Made by a program: the position numbers and the translations under genes
Part shown: positions 50,705 through 64,000 of the stretch, piece after piece
Layout of the letters: every line of letters starts with the position of its first letter
Position numbering within the stretch: the stretch's first letter is position 1
Assembly (NCBI GenBank): GCA_951406725.2
Contig: OX597817.1
Span: forward strand, 129,766,001 to 129,830,000
Length of the DNA stretch: 64,000 nucleotides
Source of the DNA: Octopus vulgaris
Lineage: Eukaryota
Direction of reading: 5' to 3'
The notes under the pieces: generated by a model
Told to the model about the DNA's origin: nothing
Database searches by the model: none
The model's input: only the letters and a program-made list of their open reading frames with translations

Positions 50705-50885
50705 TCTTTTACTTGTTTCGGTTATTTGACAGCAGCCATACTGGGGTACCGCCTTGGAAGGTTTTAGTCGAACAAATTGACTTATTTTTAAAGCCTAGTA
50801 CTTATTCGATCTGTCATTTTCCTGAACTGTTAAGTTACGAGGGACCAGTTGCCAAGCGGTGGTGGGGGACAAACACAGATACAAC
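50705..50885 (-). mobile_element. SINE family B 3' half, diverged
   Basis: TTTTACTTGTTTC...GCCATACTGGGGTACCGCC...CCTAGTACTTATTC. Confidence 0.7.
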
Positions 50886-51732
50886 TTTGACTATCATCCT
50901 TTGACGCTCGAAAAAAACATATCGGCCTTGGACTGGCGGAAGCATTTGAACATTAAAAGACATGTCTTGCGTATTTGTTCCAGATCTTTGCGATTTGAGT
51001 CCAAATCCCATCGTGGTCTACTTGAATGGTAGAATTAATCCGTCGTTTAACACCACTGCCTGGTTTTTGAACGTCTTCGGCGGGGTCCATTCTGTTACAA
51101 GCATTTGAGGTAAGTGTCCGGCTTTTGTACACATCCTCTCCTACTTCCTACCATTTTCGGTGACGCTGTAACGGGTCAGGAACACTGTAGTTCTTCCAGA
51201 CTAAAGGTATGGAATTCATTAATAAATCAAATCGTATATTTTCTCTTTATTCAGGCTAGTAAAAGCTCCACTGAAATATGAAACCCTTACCCCCAAATCT
51301 TATAAGATTTTTGAAAATGTTAAGAGTATTTCCAAGAGTTACTTTTCCAACGTCCATTTTGATGCAGTACAAGAGGGTTTGGTTTTAAGGAGACCTTGGA
51401 GCTACTAAGTATATTGGTAGAAACACATAATAATGCATACTGGGTTTGATCGCATGACAAAATATTTCACAATATTCTGTTTTCTCTCTTTGCGCTTTGT
51501 TCTTAATTCTTACTAGTATCAGCTTTGCTTTTATCTCTCCAAGAGAATGAGGAAATTATTACTTTTTCTATTAATCAATTCCACCACCAGTTTTGACACG
51601 TACCAAGTGGCCAAATAACAAGCGCCAACGAAATCGGTCTGATAGAAGTGGTAACCAAATCCCGATCAAAGAACACTTGGCTGTCTTCAGAAACAAAAGA
51701 AAAACTTTGATTTTAATAATATGCTTTTGACA

Positions 51733-51937
51733 AGGCAGTGAGCTGGTAGAATCGTTAGCACACTTGGCAAAATGCCCAGCGAGATTTCGCCCTTCTGATT
51801 TCAAATTCCATCGAGGTTGACTTTGCTTTCATCCTTTCAGGGTTGATAGAATAAGTATCAGTTGAGCACTAGGGTTGATGTAACCGATTTAGCCCCTCCC
51901 CCGAAATTGCTGGCCTTGTGCCACAATGTGAAACCAA
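51733..51937 (+). mobile_element. SINE family A2
   Basis: AGGCAGTGAGCTGGTAGAATCGTTAGCAC...TTTCATCCTTTCAGGGTTGATAG...GGCCTTGTGCC. Confidence 0.82.
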
Positions 51938-53252
51938 TAATGTGGTGTTGAGAAAAGGGTTGTGCCCAATGCCTTCCCAGGTTCTAGAAAATCCTGTGAG
52001 ATTGGTGTGGTTAAAGTTTCTGTTGACAATTAACCAGTTGATGGTTGTAGAAAAACATGGGCAAGAAGGACTGGATTGCGTTGGGCAGAAGCAATATAAA
52101 TGAAGAGAAAAGACGAACGAGTCGGGAGAGTCCGGGTAGAAGTGAGCCATCTTAGAGGAACAGATGCCACAGTAATAACAGTAGAAAAGGCAGAGATAAA
52201 GAAAGATAGTGAGGTGAGGGAGAGAGCGAGAGAAAGATTAACTGACAGAGAGATAGACAGAGAGATAGAGAGAGAGAGAGAGAAAAGAAAGATCGGGAGT
52301 GAGTGAGAGAGAAATACAGAGACTGATATATATATATTTGGAGAGAGAGAAAGAGGGAGAGAGAGATTGGGGATTCAGCACGTTTGTGAACCAGAAGTTG
52401 GAAGTGTTGACGACTTCGTGCCAATCAGTCGGATGACCTACTTTCTGGAATCGAACTAGGATATGTGTATATATGGCACTGATTCACTTTGAATAATTTA
52501 AGCTAGACACCTCTTATAAAAAGAAGAAGGGTGGTTATGGCTTGAAAGTCATTCATCAAAGGTCTACTCAATCAAGGTTGACCTGGGGTTAAACTACAAC
52601 ATCAACAAAAACAGCAACCTTTATTGCACCCTAATTAGAGCAACTAGGGCTTGGGAATAATGAAATAAATATTGTCAAACCCTAACTGTCGTCTGTTCAA
52701 TCATTATCTTATTATCGTCTGCTACTTTTGGAAAGGAAAATATTTAGACAGCCAGTTAGAGGGCGATATCTGCGTTTACTGTGTATGTGTGTGAGGGCGA
52801 AGTAATCGTGTGTGCATGTGTGTGTGTGTGTTTCTGTTTCTGTTTGTGTGCGTGTGTGTGTGTTTGTCAGTGAGTGTGACGTCTGAGAATATCAGTGCAC
52901 ATGTGTGTGTGTGTGTAAGGGTGTTTATGTGTATACTTCAATGTCTGAGTATAGTTCAATGAATTTGAGTAACTGTGTGGTGAATGCGTGTGCTCTGAGT
53001 GTTCTGAGAATGTGTGCATGTGTGTGTGTGTGTGTGTGTATGTGTTTTGAGTTCGGTGTTTGTGTGTATCAGTGAATGTGTATCAACATTTGCGGGGGAG
53101 TGCTAATGTAAATGTTTAGAAATAGATGCTTAGAAGAGGGTGGCAACCAGAAGTAATTATCATAACCCTATCATGTTTATATATACATTTCAGAATGCTT
53201 TGGATGTGTGTATGCATGTATGTATGTGAATATGTAAGTGTATGTATGTGTG

Positions 53253-53287
<35 letters not shown>

Positions 53288-53549
53288 ATATAACCTATAC
53301 GCGTGTGAGAGTGTGAGTGCATGTATGTATCCGGCGTTGCCCGAATACACACATGCAGACAAAAAATGTCGGTGTTTGAACGTTAATTTACTTACTCTGT
53401 CTCAAAGCCACTTAGTAGACAGTCCTCTTTTGTATTTTCCTTGTGAGATATTCTTATAGAGGTGTTTTTGTGCTCGAATCATAATGTAATGACGTTTGAC
53501 TGACCATGGAAAAGCAAGGATTCCCCGCTTATAATCCATCCACTTTTAA

Positions 53550-54250
53550 TATTTTCCTCTGAGATCGGTTGGTGGGCAGGGTAAAAGTTCTAATATTGAT
53601 ATTAGTTATTTAACTACCAGCTTTGTATCATTGCACCAAGTTTCTAAGACAGTCCAAGCCATTGAAAAACTTGATGTATTGATGGGGTGGTTCAACTTTC
53701 TTTTGAATATAAAACAAAGTTTTGTCAATAAGTTCATCTTTATGCATCTAATAAATCATATGTTCAGTGGCTGTTTTATAAGCTGTACTAGATTCAAGTA
53801 GCCATCTGTGTATCATAATTAAAGTATATACATTGTGGAAAGCAAATTCACTGTGATATTCGTTGACAGATTTATAATATCTTTTACGGACGTAGTACTC
53901 TTAAAATACAAGGTATATATCAGGGGTAGACGAAGATCGCCTACGATGTGGCTGGTGAGAATGCTATATACATTTCTGCCAGATGCGTTTCAGCCAAGTG
54001 GTTATTCGCAACACTAATGATTGTTCATTTACTATATTTTTTGCGACAGATTTCATCTTAGCATACGGTAGGCTGTGAGTACATACTATTGAAAACGTTC
54101 GATGAGGCAGAAATGCGTCTAACATTCCCACCAACCGCTGCTAAGATACATATTATATTTTTAAACACTGCACGTCCATAAAATATATTATCTGCGGACG
54201 AATACCGTAGTAAATTTACTTTACGCGATGTATTTAGATTACACATGATA
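53550..54250 (-). mobile_element. Highly decayed Penelope-like element 3' fragment
   Basis: Homologous to 14470-14910 and loosely to the linker at 35270-35470. Confidence 0.35.
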
Positions 54251-54295
54251 CATCCTTGGATATGTGTGCATGTGTGTGAGTGTGTTGTGTGTTAG

Positions 54296-54359
<64 letters not shown>

Positions 54360-54630
54360 TAATATAGTCGACTACACCCTTCTACCACAGAATGTGGCCT
54401 TGTGCCAAAGTTAGACACCAGCCATAACAGAGTTATATTTATGTTCATAATATATTTCAAAACTATTTCATAAAAAGATGTTCCGCTGAGTAAAAGAATG
54501 TGCAACTAAAAGTGAAGTAAATTGGTAAGAAGCCAAAACCTTTTAGCTTTACCAAATTTTCATCCATCCTTTAACGTAGGCTGGAAAAAATATTAAGTTG
54601 AATGTAAAAACTTGTAATATTTAAAGTTTG

Positions 54631-54663
<33 letters not shown>

Positions 54664-54702
54664 CAAGACCCTCAAAGCATTTCATATATATATATATATA
54701 TA

Positions 54703-54738
<36 letters not shown>

Positions 54739-54825
54739 CATGTATATATGTATGTATGTATGTATATATGTGTGTGTGTATGTATATATGTACCTCTCTC
54801 TGTCTCTCTCTCTTCCTCTCTCTCC

Positions 54826-54874
<49 letters not shown>

Positions 54875-55709
54875 CAAGTGAGTGCACAAACGCAAGGAGG
54901 GCACTCAATAGATTTTTTAGGAGTTACATGTATGGATCAAGACAGTTTGATTCAAATTCGTTGGTACTCTTGAGTTTCAAGCGTGATGAGTACACTATTC
55001 TTTAACAAGAATAGTATTAACGGTGACTACGAAGTTCCGACCAGCTAAGCCATCATTGGACTGAGAACAGGTAATCCTTTGAGAGTTATCTGCTGACTAG
55101 CTAAACTTACCGCCTACTTATATTCTTTTGTGGTCCCTGAAGAAATCAACGCCCTAAAAGCGAAAACATCTTAATAAGCATACCTAATTTTCAAAGGTTT
55201 AAATGCCGGATTGAACTTTGAACCTTAACCTACACATTTTCTAAGCGAAAAGATAAATCTCCCAGAGGTATCCAAATAAAACTAATAACAACTAAACATA
55301 GTGACACATCTACTGACCATCTAATTCTTTTCCTTACATACCCCTAAATTCTTTTGAGAACCCCAGGAATACAATCCCATGATATGAAACTGACGCACCT
55401 AAATTGATAAATCTAATCAATCAAATTTTCAATAACAATTCTTCATCATTACCTCGCCTCCTTTAACCTAAGTATCATTCAACAGAGCTCCATCTACCCA
55501 AGATTGTTATCTCAACAGAGACTATATAAAATAAAGATGAATTCAAATAAACCACTGCCTGAAGACTTTGAAGTCACTGTCAATACTAAATAATTAAAGA
55601 ATAATAAATTTGTACACTACAAAAAGGATTGATTAATCCTCTAGTTTATTGTAATATTGCTTCCTTTATAACGTAGCATAAAGACAAATATTAATATACA
55701 TATGTATAC

Positions 55710-55925
55710 AAGGCGATAAGATGGCGAAATCGTTTCCACGCCGGGCAAAATGCTTAGCAGTATTTCGTCCGACTTTACGTTCCGAGCTCAAAATCCGTCG
55801 AGGTCTACGTTGTCTTTCATCTTTTCGGAGTCCATAAAACAAGTACCATTTAGGCACTGGGGTCGATATAATCGATTTAACCTCGCTACCGAAATTGTTG
55901 TCCTTGTGCTAAAATTTCAAACTAA
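55710..55925 (+). mobile_element. SINE family A2, diverged
   Basis: AAGGCGATAAGATGGCGAAATCG...GTATTTCGTCC...CTTTCATCTTTTCGGAGTC. Confidence 0.75.
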
Positions 55926-55988
55926 TATATATGAATATTTATGTCCATACTAATATAGCTCTCTCTGTCATTCTCTCTCTCTCTCATT

Positions 55989-56064
<76 letters not shown>

Positions 56065-56094
56065 TTGTGTGTGTGTACACGTGTATGTATATAT

Positions 56095-56508
56095 TCTTTT
56101 ATTCTTTTACTTCAAATATTTTGACTACGGCCATGCTAGGGCACCGCCTTAAATGGTTTTAGTCGAAGAACTCGACCACAGGAATTATCCTTTGTATACC
56201 TAGTACTTATTTTATCGGCCGAAGCGCTAATGTTACGGGGACATAAACACACCAGGATCGGTTGTCAAACGATGTCGTGGGGGACAAACACAGACACACA
56301 TACACACATACACACATACACATAAATATATATATATATATATACGACGAGCTTCTTTCAGTTTCCGTCAACCAAATCCACTCACAGGGCTTTGGTCGGC
56401 CCGAGGCTATAGTAGAAGGCACTTGCCCAAGGTGCCACGCAGTGAGACTGAACCCAGAACCTTGTGGTTGGGAAGCAAGCTTCTTACCACACAGCCACAC
56501 CTGCGCCT
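56095..56508 (-). mobile_element. SINE family B, full length
   Basis: Reverse complement of 4576-4980, with internal (CA)/(TA) repeat. Confidence 0.9.
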
Positions 56509-56712
56509 GACTGTGCGTTAACTACAGCATTAGAGCGGTTTAGTTCTTATTTCTAGCAATGTAGGTGTTTCCTAACACCCTAGTCAAATTTCAGACATTA
56601 GTAATTTTCCTTTTCGGTGATACATTACAAACTGATGTTGTATGCGTGTGTGTATCAATGAACATGTACAAACATATGCATACTCAAATATATATACATA
56701 TATGTATTCGTG

Positions 56713-56762
<50 letters not shown>

Positions 56763-57587
56763 AACAAACACGCAAACAGACGCGCGAACGCGCAAGCGAG
56801 TACGCACACACACCCTTATGTATGTATGCTTATATGTAAGCCCGTGTCAATCTTTTAATTAGACAACTGGGAGCAGGCGACAGTAAATCATCACTGCTAG
56901 TCTCCTACAGATTATCTCCCTTCGGGACATCTAACTGACACTCTCCTCCATTTTCGATGGCTTCTTCTTGATATAAATCAATGATTGATTGATCAGTGAA
57001 TTACAATCCCATTAATACTGTCATTTATTTTGAAATGATCCTTATTAAGTTTTCTTTATGATATATGGAAATGCTTTGAGGGTCTTTGGATACATAAAAC
57101 GTGAGGGATGTGTGCAATGATTAACATTTTCTTTGTTTAAATTGATTTTGTTTTTAGGGTTTTATATCAACGATGCAGATGTCTTGATATTGGCACCATC
57201 TGGTTTGTCAGCGTAGCGGGTTCGTTTGTAGGTTATTTGGTCACACGGTCAGCTGCTCATCTCTTTCGCCCGGTGTCGTCAATCGGTCAGACGGGGCTGT
57301 CTGTCTGTTTGGCTTCCTGTCCGTTTTGTTTTTTCTGTAATTCTTTCTCTCAGACTGCTAGTTTATCTAGTCCTTTTGTTTCCTTTCGGTCTCTATTCTG
57401 CACTGTCTTATATATGTCTTGCTATCTCTCTCAACGCACATTTCAGTCTGCATATCTTTATCTTTCTATCTGTTGATGTCTGTTCCTCAAATTATCATTT
57501 TATTTGTTCCTTCTCTATCTGATCACTTTATATAAATAGATGCTTGCATAAATACATACCTACATACATGTATATGTGTATGTGTGT

Positions 57588-57963
57588 TCTTTTACTTGTT
57601 TCAGTCATTTGACTGCGGCCATGCCGGAGCACTGCCTTTGGTCGAACAAATCGATGCCAGGACTTATTCTTTATAAGCCTAGTACTTATTCTATCGGTCC
57701 CTTTTGACGAACCGCTAGCTTACGGGGACGTAAACACACCAATATCTATTGTTAAGCGATGGTGAGCGGACAAACACAGATGCACGGACGTATATATACA
57801 CAATGGGCTTCTTTCAGTTTCCGTCTACCAAATCCACTCACAGGGCTTTGATCGACCCGAGAGTTTAATAGAAGATATTTAGCCAAGGTGCGACGCAGTG
57901 GGTCTGCACCCAGAACCATGTGGTTGGGAAACAAGCTTCTTACCACACAGCCACGCCTGCGCC
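57588..57963 (-). mobile_element. SINE family B, full length
   Basis: TTTTACTTGTTTCAGTCATTTGACTGCGGCC...CTTCTTACCACACAGCCACGCCTGCGCC. Confidence 0.9.
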
Positions 57964-57987
57964 TAAAATATCAGTGCCCTGCATGAG

Positions 57988-59418
<1,431 letters not shown>

Positions 59419-59495
59419 CAAGGTGCCAGCAGTGGGACTGAATCCGGAACCATGTGATTGGGAAGCAAGCTTCTTATTACACAGCGACTCCTGCG
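59419..59495 (-). mobile_element. SINE family B tRNA head fused to the 5' end of the RTE fragment
   Basis: Minus: CGCAGGAGTCGCTGTGTAATAAGAAGC...GGATTCAGTCCCACTGCTGGCACCTTG|TGGAAAGAGTC (RTE). Confidence 0.85.
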
Positions 59496-59519
59496 TCCAT
59501 ATATATATATATATATATA

Positions 59520-59860
<341 letters not shown>

Positions 59861-60095
59861 GTATTTCATACACCCAAAATCGTAAAACAGCACGGCATCC
59901 CAGTTTCAGCAGGGCATATTCAGAAGAAAACGTTTTTAGCGCATTAAAATTTGGGAGACTCAACTTCGCATATAAGGCCCGAGTAGAGAGGGTGAGACAG
60001 TTTTTTGGGGGGTGGGGTGGGGACAAAGTGCATCCTCTATGCCACCAAATACGATAGATAGACAGATAGAAAGATAGACAGACAGACAGACTGAC

Positions 60096-60180
<85 letters not shown>

Positions 60181-60811
60181 GATAGACAGATAAAAGGATA
60201 GATTTTATTTTGTTTAAGTAGAAAGTTTGATAGATAGCTAAATAGATAGATACGTAGATAAATAAATCGATACGTAGATAAATAGACAGAACATGTGCAT
60301 GTGTTGTTTGAATGTAGAGAAGGGGTGAAGAGAAAGGTAAAGAGTGTTAACAGTAGGGCAATATGAAAATAATAAGAAATGCAGATAAACAGGTATAGTA
60401 ACGGAAAGAGGGATTATTATAACTGAATAAACTTAGAATGCAGGAAAGGATCAAGAAAATTCGTAAGCGATGGAGGAAATGTATAAAGAAGAAAAGTTAA
60501 CACTGAAGAACAAACATGTGACGTCAGAAACTCTCACGTGACTTCAAGACGTTCGTTCAATCTGACTGTGTCGTGGCGCTATGTATAAATATTTGTATAA
60601 GTAGAGGTCAAAGTAACGGCGAAAATCCATTTTGTCAACAAACTAACATTCATTGAATATATGGCATTTCACCATGTTCTGCGACATCCTTCGCTTCCTA
60701 TGTCTGTAATCTAAGCGTTTTACTCAGAACTTAAGGCAAATTCAAAAGATATGCGCTTCCTCATTTCTCCGCTAGCTCGTGGTTAAATAACAACATGAAG
60801 AAGCCTCTAAG

Positions 60812-61071
60812 CAAATGGTTCTCGACCAAGATCCATATGGTCTTTGTGGGTCCATAAAAGATTTTATTGTTAAAATTTATCTGCAATAAATTGGTTATAC
60901 TCCTGCAATGCGCAAAATATTTTAACAATGTTTTTTAAATACAAGACCTAATAATATTTAATTATAAAAATATAATATGATTTTTTCTAAAGATCGAATG
61001 GCTTGAAGAGTACATCCAAGTAAAACATGAACCAAGAGAGTCCATTGGTAAAAAAGGATTGAGAAACACTA
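60812..61071. mobile_element. hAT (Charlie-like) MITE, decayed
   Basis: Ends CAAATGGTTCTCGACC and GGATTGAGAAACACTA resemble the CAGTGGTTCTCAACC TIR. Possible degraded 8-bp TSD. Confidence 0.5.
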
Positions 61072-61584
61072 CTTTATGTGGCCGTTCAGGTTGCTAGAAG
61101 TTCAGTCATGTAACTGGTGGGGAGAAAGCGAGAGTGAGGTTTGCAGTTTGTCTTGGGCTGCGCCTTTTTGTGGGAAGCACTTTTCCAGGGTTCCACCAGT
61201 CAAGGTGTCCTTTTATTACAATGTTAATATGTGCTTTGAGCGAGATTTGGCAACTGTTTCGAAGTAGTTCTATAAACAGTGTACAGCAGAGGCTCTCAAC
61301 GTGGGTGGTGCTACTCCAAAGGGAACGTTGGACATGTCGAAAGTGACGTTAGGCTTTGGGGCGGTGAGGTAACATGATTAACATACTTAATTTTACCTAT
61401 AATAGTAATCATATTACGTTTATGAATTTGTGTTGGAAGATTCCTTATGTGAAGTCGTGTGTTACAACAGATATTGTTGTATTTCGTGATGGTCATTTAA
61501 AAAAATTATATTGTACATAATAAAACTAGTAATGGTTATTAAAATAGAATGAGATCACAACAGGAACAGGGAAGTCATTAACTG

Positions 61585-61783
61585 TGTTTGTCCCCCACCC
61601 CTGCATCACCGCTTGACAACAAGTGTTGGTGTGTTTACGTCCCTGTAACTTAGAGACCAATAGAATAAGCACTAGGCTTTAAAAAAGTCCTGGGGTCGAT
61701 TTGTTTGGCTAAAAGCCTTCCAGGCGGTGCTCCAGCATGACCGCAGTCAAATGACTGAAACAAGTAAAAAAGTTAAAAGAGTA
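61585..61783 (+). mobile_element. SINE family B 3' half
   Basis: GCTTGACAAC...GGCGGTGCTCCAGCATGACCGCAGTCAAATGACTGAAACAAGTAAAA. Confidence 0.85.
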
Positions 61784-61899
61784 ACCGCTAGTGTGGGGTT
61801 TTTGATCGTCGACTCAAAAGATCTACCACCATTCTCATAGGACAAGAGCCTACAGTACAGATATTGTTCCGGATATTCGTGGTTATCGTCATTGTCTAC

Positions 61900-62790
61900 A
61901 ATTTTGTTCCAATTGTTTTCAAATTTGGTATATGGATTAAGTTTTGTATACTAATTATGAAAATGAAATTCATTTTCCATATAAATTCATAATTAAAAGG
62001 CTATTAACTTTTGGGGTTTGCAAAATTTGAGTATTTTAGCCAATCAGAAGTGAGTATTTTACACCGCACCTTGAAGTTCTGTTAGCATATTAAGCTAAGA
62101 AGCACCACGTGTTCCATAGCTAATTACGATGAACTCTGTTTCCATAGTAACCAAAGATGCTGCGCCTGCGTACAAGGAATGTAACCATCAAATTGAGTGT
62201 AATCAACAAACTGAAAGTAACTGGGCATCTTTAAAGCGTGAAAACAAACGCCGGTGTGGGACACGCCGTTCCATGACTGACTCTTATCTTTGTGAAATTA
62301 TGTAGAGAAGGAGATATGAGGAAGCTAGTTTAGTTTATGAAATGTTAGAGCGCATTGTAAACTTTAGTTCTTGAGATTTTTAACTAATAAATGTCTGTTT
62401 TAAGCAGTGTTTTAACTAGCAACTCCTGTTGGTTTGCTCGTTAAGCAGTGTTATTTCTAGCAACTCCTGTTGGTTTGCTCGTAGCTTTTAAATAGTTCAT
62501 TTGCTCGCGAATCTTTTAATGTTTTTCACTTTTTACTGTAGCTATTTTAATGTTTTGACATACCGGTGCTCCCTCATCCTCCACTCGTCTCGCTACTGTG
62601 ACAGATGATGGAAGAGGCAGCGAACGCGCTCTTATCTGATTGGCTGAAAATTCTGAAAATTATCAAACTTTGAACACCTGTAACATTTTCGCAAAAATTT
62701 TCTTGAATAAATAAATAACAAATTCGGATTCAGCGTCAAAAATTACATCTATATGATACATAAAATTTTTTTTTAAGATTTCAACATGCA
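61900..62790. mobile_element. Probable non-autonomous DNA transposon with long imperfect inverted repeats
   Basis: TTTTAGCCAATCAGAAGTGAG (about 62034-62055) mirrors CTCTTATCTGATTGGCTGAAAA (about 62630-62650). Internal 41-bp tandem duplication at 62401-62482. Confidence 0.4.
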
Positions 62791-63132
62791 GTAACGATAA
62801 CCAAAAAGATCCTTATTTCCTACTGCTGGAGAAATTGAACTCAGAAACTGAACCTGAAAGTCAATGACTCATCACTAGTCAACAATGCTGATACAGTTTA
62901 CAGCAGTAAAATTCTAACATTTACATGAGTTGTGAGGGTCGTTACGAAGTTACTCAACCTGTTAAAAATAGCTGCCGAATCTTCTTGAAATCGCATAGAA
63001 CTGTCTCAAAAACAAAGATTGAATAGATAATGTATGTAGTCTGCAGTCTTGTGAAGTGGGGTGGAAGACGGAAAAAAAACCCCTGGATGGTAAAGAAAAA
63101 ACTGGATGGTTGCAGTAGCAGCAGAAGTGGTT

Positions 63133-63191
<59 letters not shown>

Positions 63192-63378
63192 CGTTGTCGT
63201 CGTCGTAGTAGTAGTAGTAATCCACGCCTATTGACTCAGTGAATCTGAAAGCTGGGATGGTTACAAATGGAACGTTTCGGTCAAAACTGACCAGGGGCTA
63301 CACAGCATTATCAACAACAGCAGCAACAACAACAACAACTACTACTACTGCAAAACATCTGGGCAATATTATTATTAT

Positions 63379-63434
<56 letters not shown>

Positions 63435-64000
63435 TACGCATACTCGTCCTCGGCTGTTGAGAGACAACTCTTCGGTTACGAATTCAACACAGATTCGATA
63501 AAAAAACGGCAATAAGGACACAACCTTGGGCTCACTATGTTAAGCTCAAATACATGTCACCTGAGTTTATCGTGTGTCAGGTTATTTATTTATTTATTTA
63601 TTTTGTTTTGTATATTTAGAATGAAGGACTAGTTTATTTGTAACTCCAAACACGTGTATAACTGACCTTTACCATACTGTCAGCGTGAGGTTGCTATTGA
63701 AAACTTAGAACTACATTATTCCATATTTGGTAAGAAAAGAACTATGTATTTATTTGTATACATGCGTGCATATAATCACACACACATACACACACACACA
63801 CACACATACACACATATATATATGTATATATAAATGTAAGTATGTGTATATGCATACGCAATCATAAAAGACATAGACAGTTTAGCGACAACAGTTATTG
63901 CTGTCTACAACCAAACGAAGGGTTATAAGTTATAAAACATAATAATAATATATAAATATAATGTAATATAATATAATATAATATAATATAATATAATATA

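Noticed and set aside
55136-55170. CTGAAGA...GCGAAA hammerhead-like spacing
   Set aside because: Stem II does not abut the core and stems I and III cannot be formed convincingly.
57013-57023. TAATACTGTCA matching the miR-8/200 5' end
   Set aside because: The 3' half mismatches and no precursor hairpin is evident.
62718-62732. Reverse complement ATCCGAATTTGT matching the miR-10 3' half
   Set aside because: The ACCCTGTAG seed region is absent, and it lies in a probable DNA-transposon end.

Overview
Eukaryotic, AT-rich, extremely microsatellite-dense DNA with no convincing host protein-coding exon. The SINE families and repeat landscape look like a coleoid cephalopod, most likely Octopus (inference). 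Most ORFs in the track are translations of (CA)n, (TA)n, (TATG)n, (GATA)n or trinucleotide repeats. The real coding traces are all transposon-derived: a near-complete mariner with TIRs and TA TSD (29085-30375) and a decayed second mariner; a young 5'-truncated R4/Dong-like RLE LINE inside (TAA)n plus several older RLE fragments; a Tx1-like 3' end inside (GATA)n; an RTE LINE and a CR1-group fragment; Penelope-like (RT/GIY-YIG) relics; and two non-autonomous Helitrons. Three tRNA-derived SINE families are abundant. The most interesting signals are: (i) a young Meta-domain SINE subfamily that appears to insert repeatedly into its own family at a G|GTAW site, giving old-head/young-body/old-body mosaics and head-to-tail arrays with an identical GAAATAGGTATTTC junction at independent loci; (ii) several type-I hammerhead ribozyme motifs, including one with an intact core (6615-6674, minus) and a repeat family with an unusually long stem II (23014-23119, 36870-36974); (iii) a SINE-head/RTE chimera. 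All calls are by eye and need computational confirmation.
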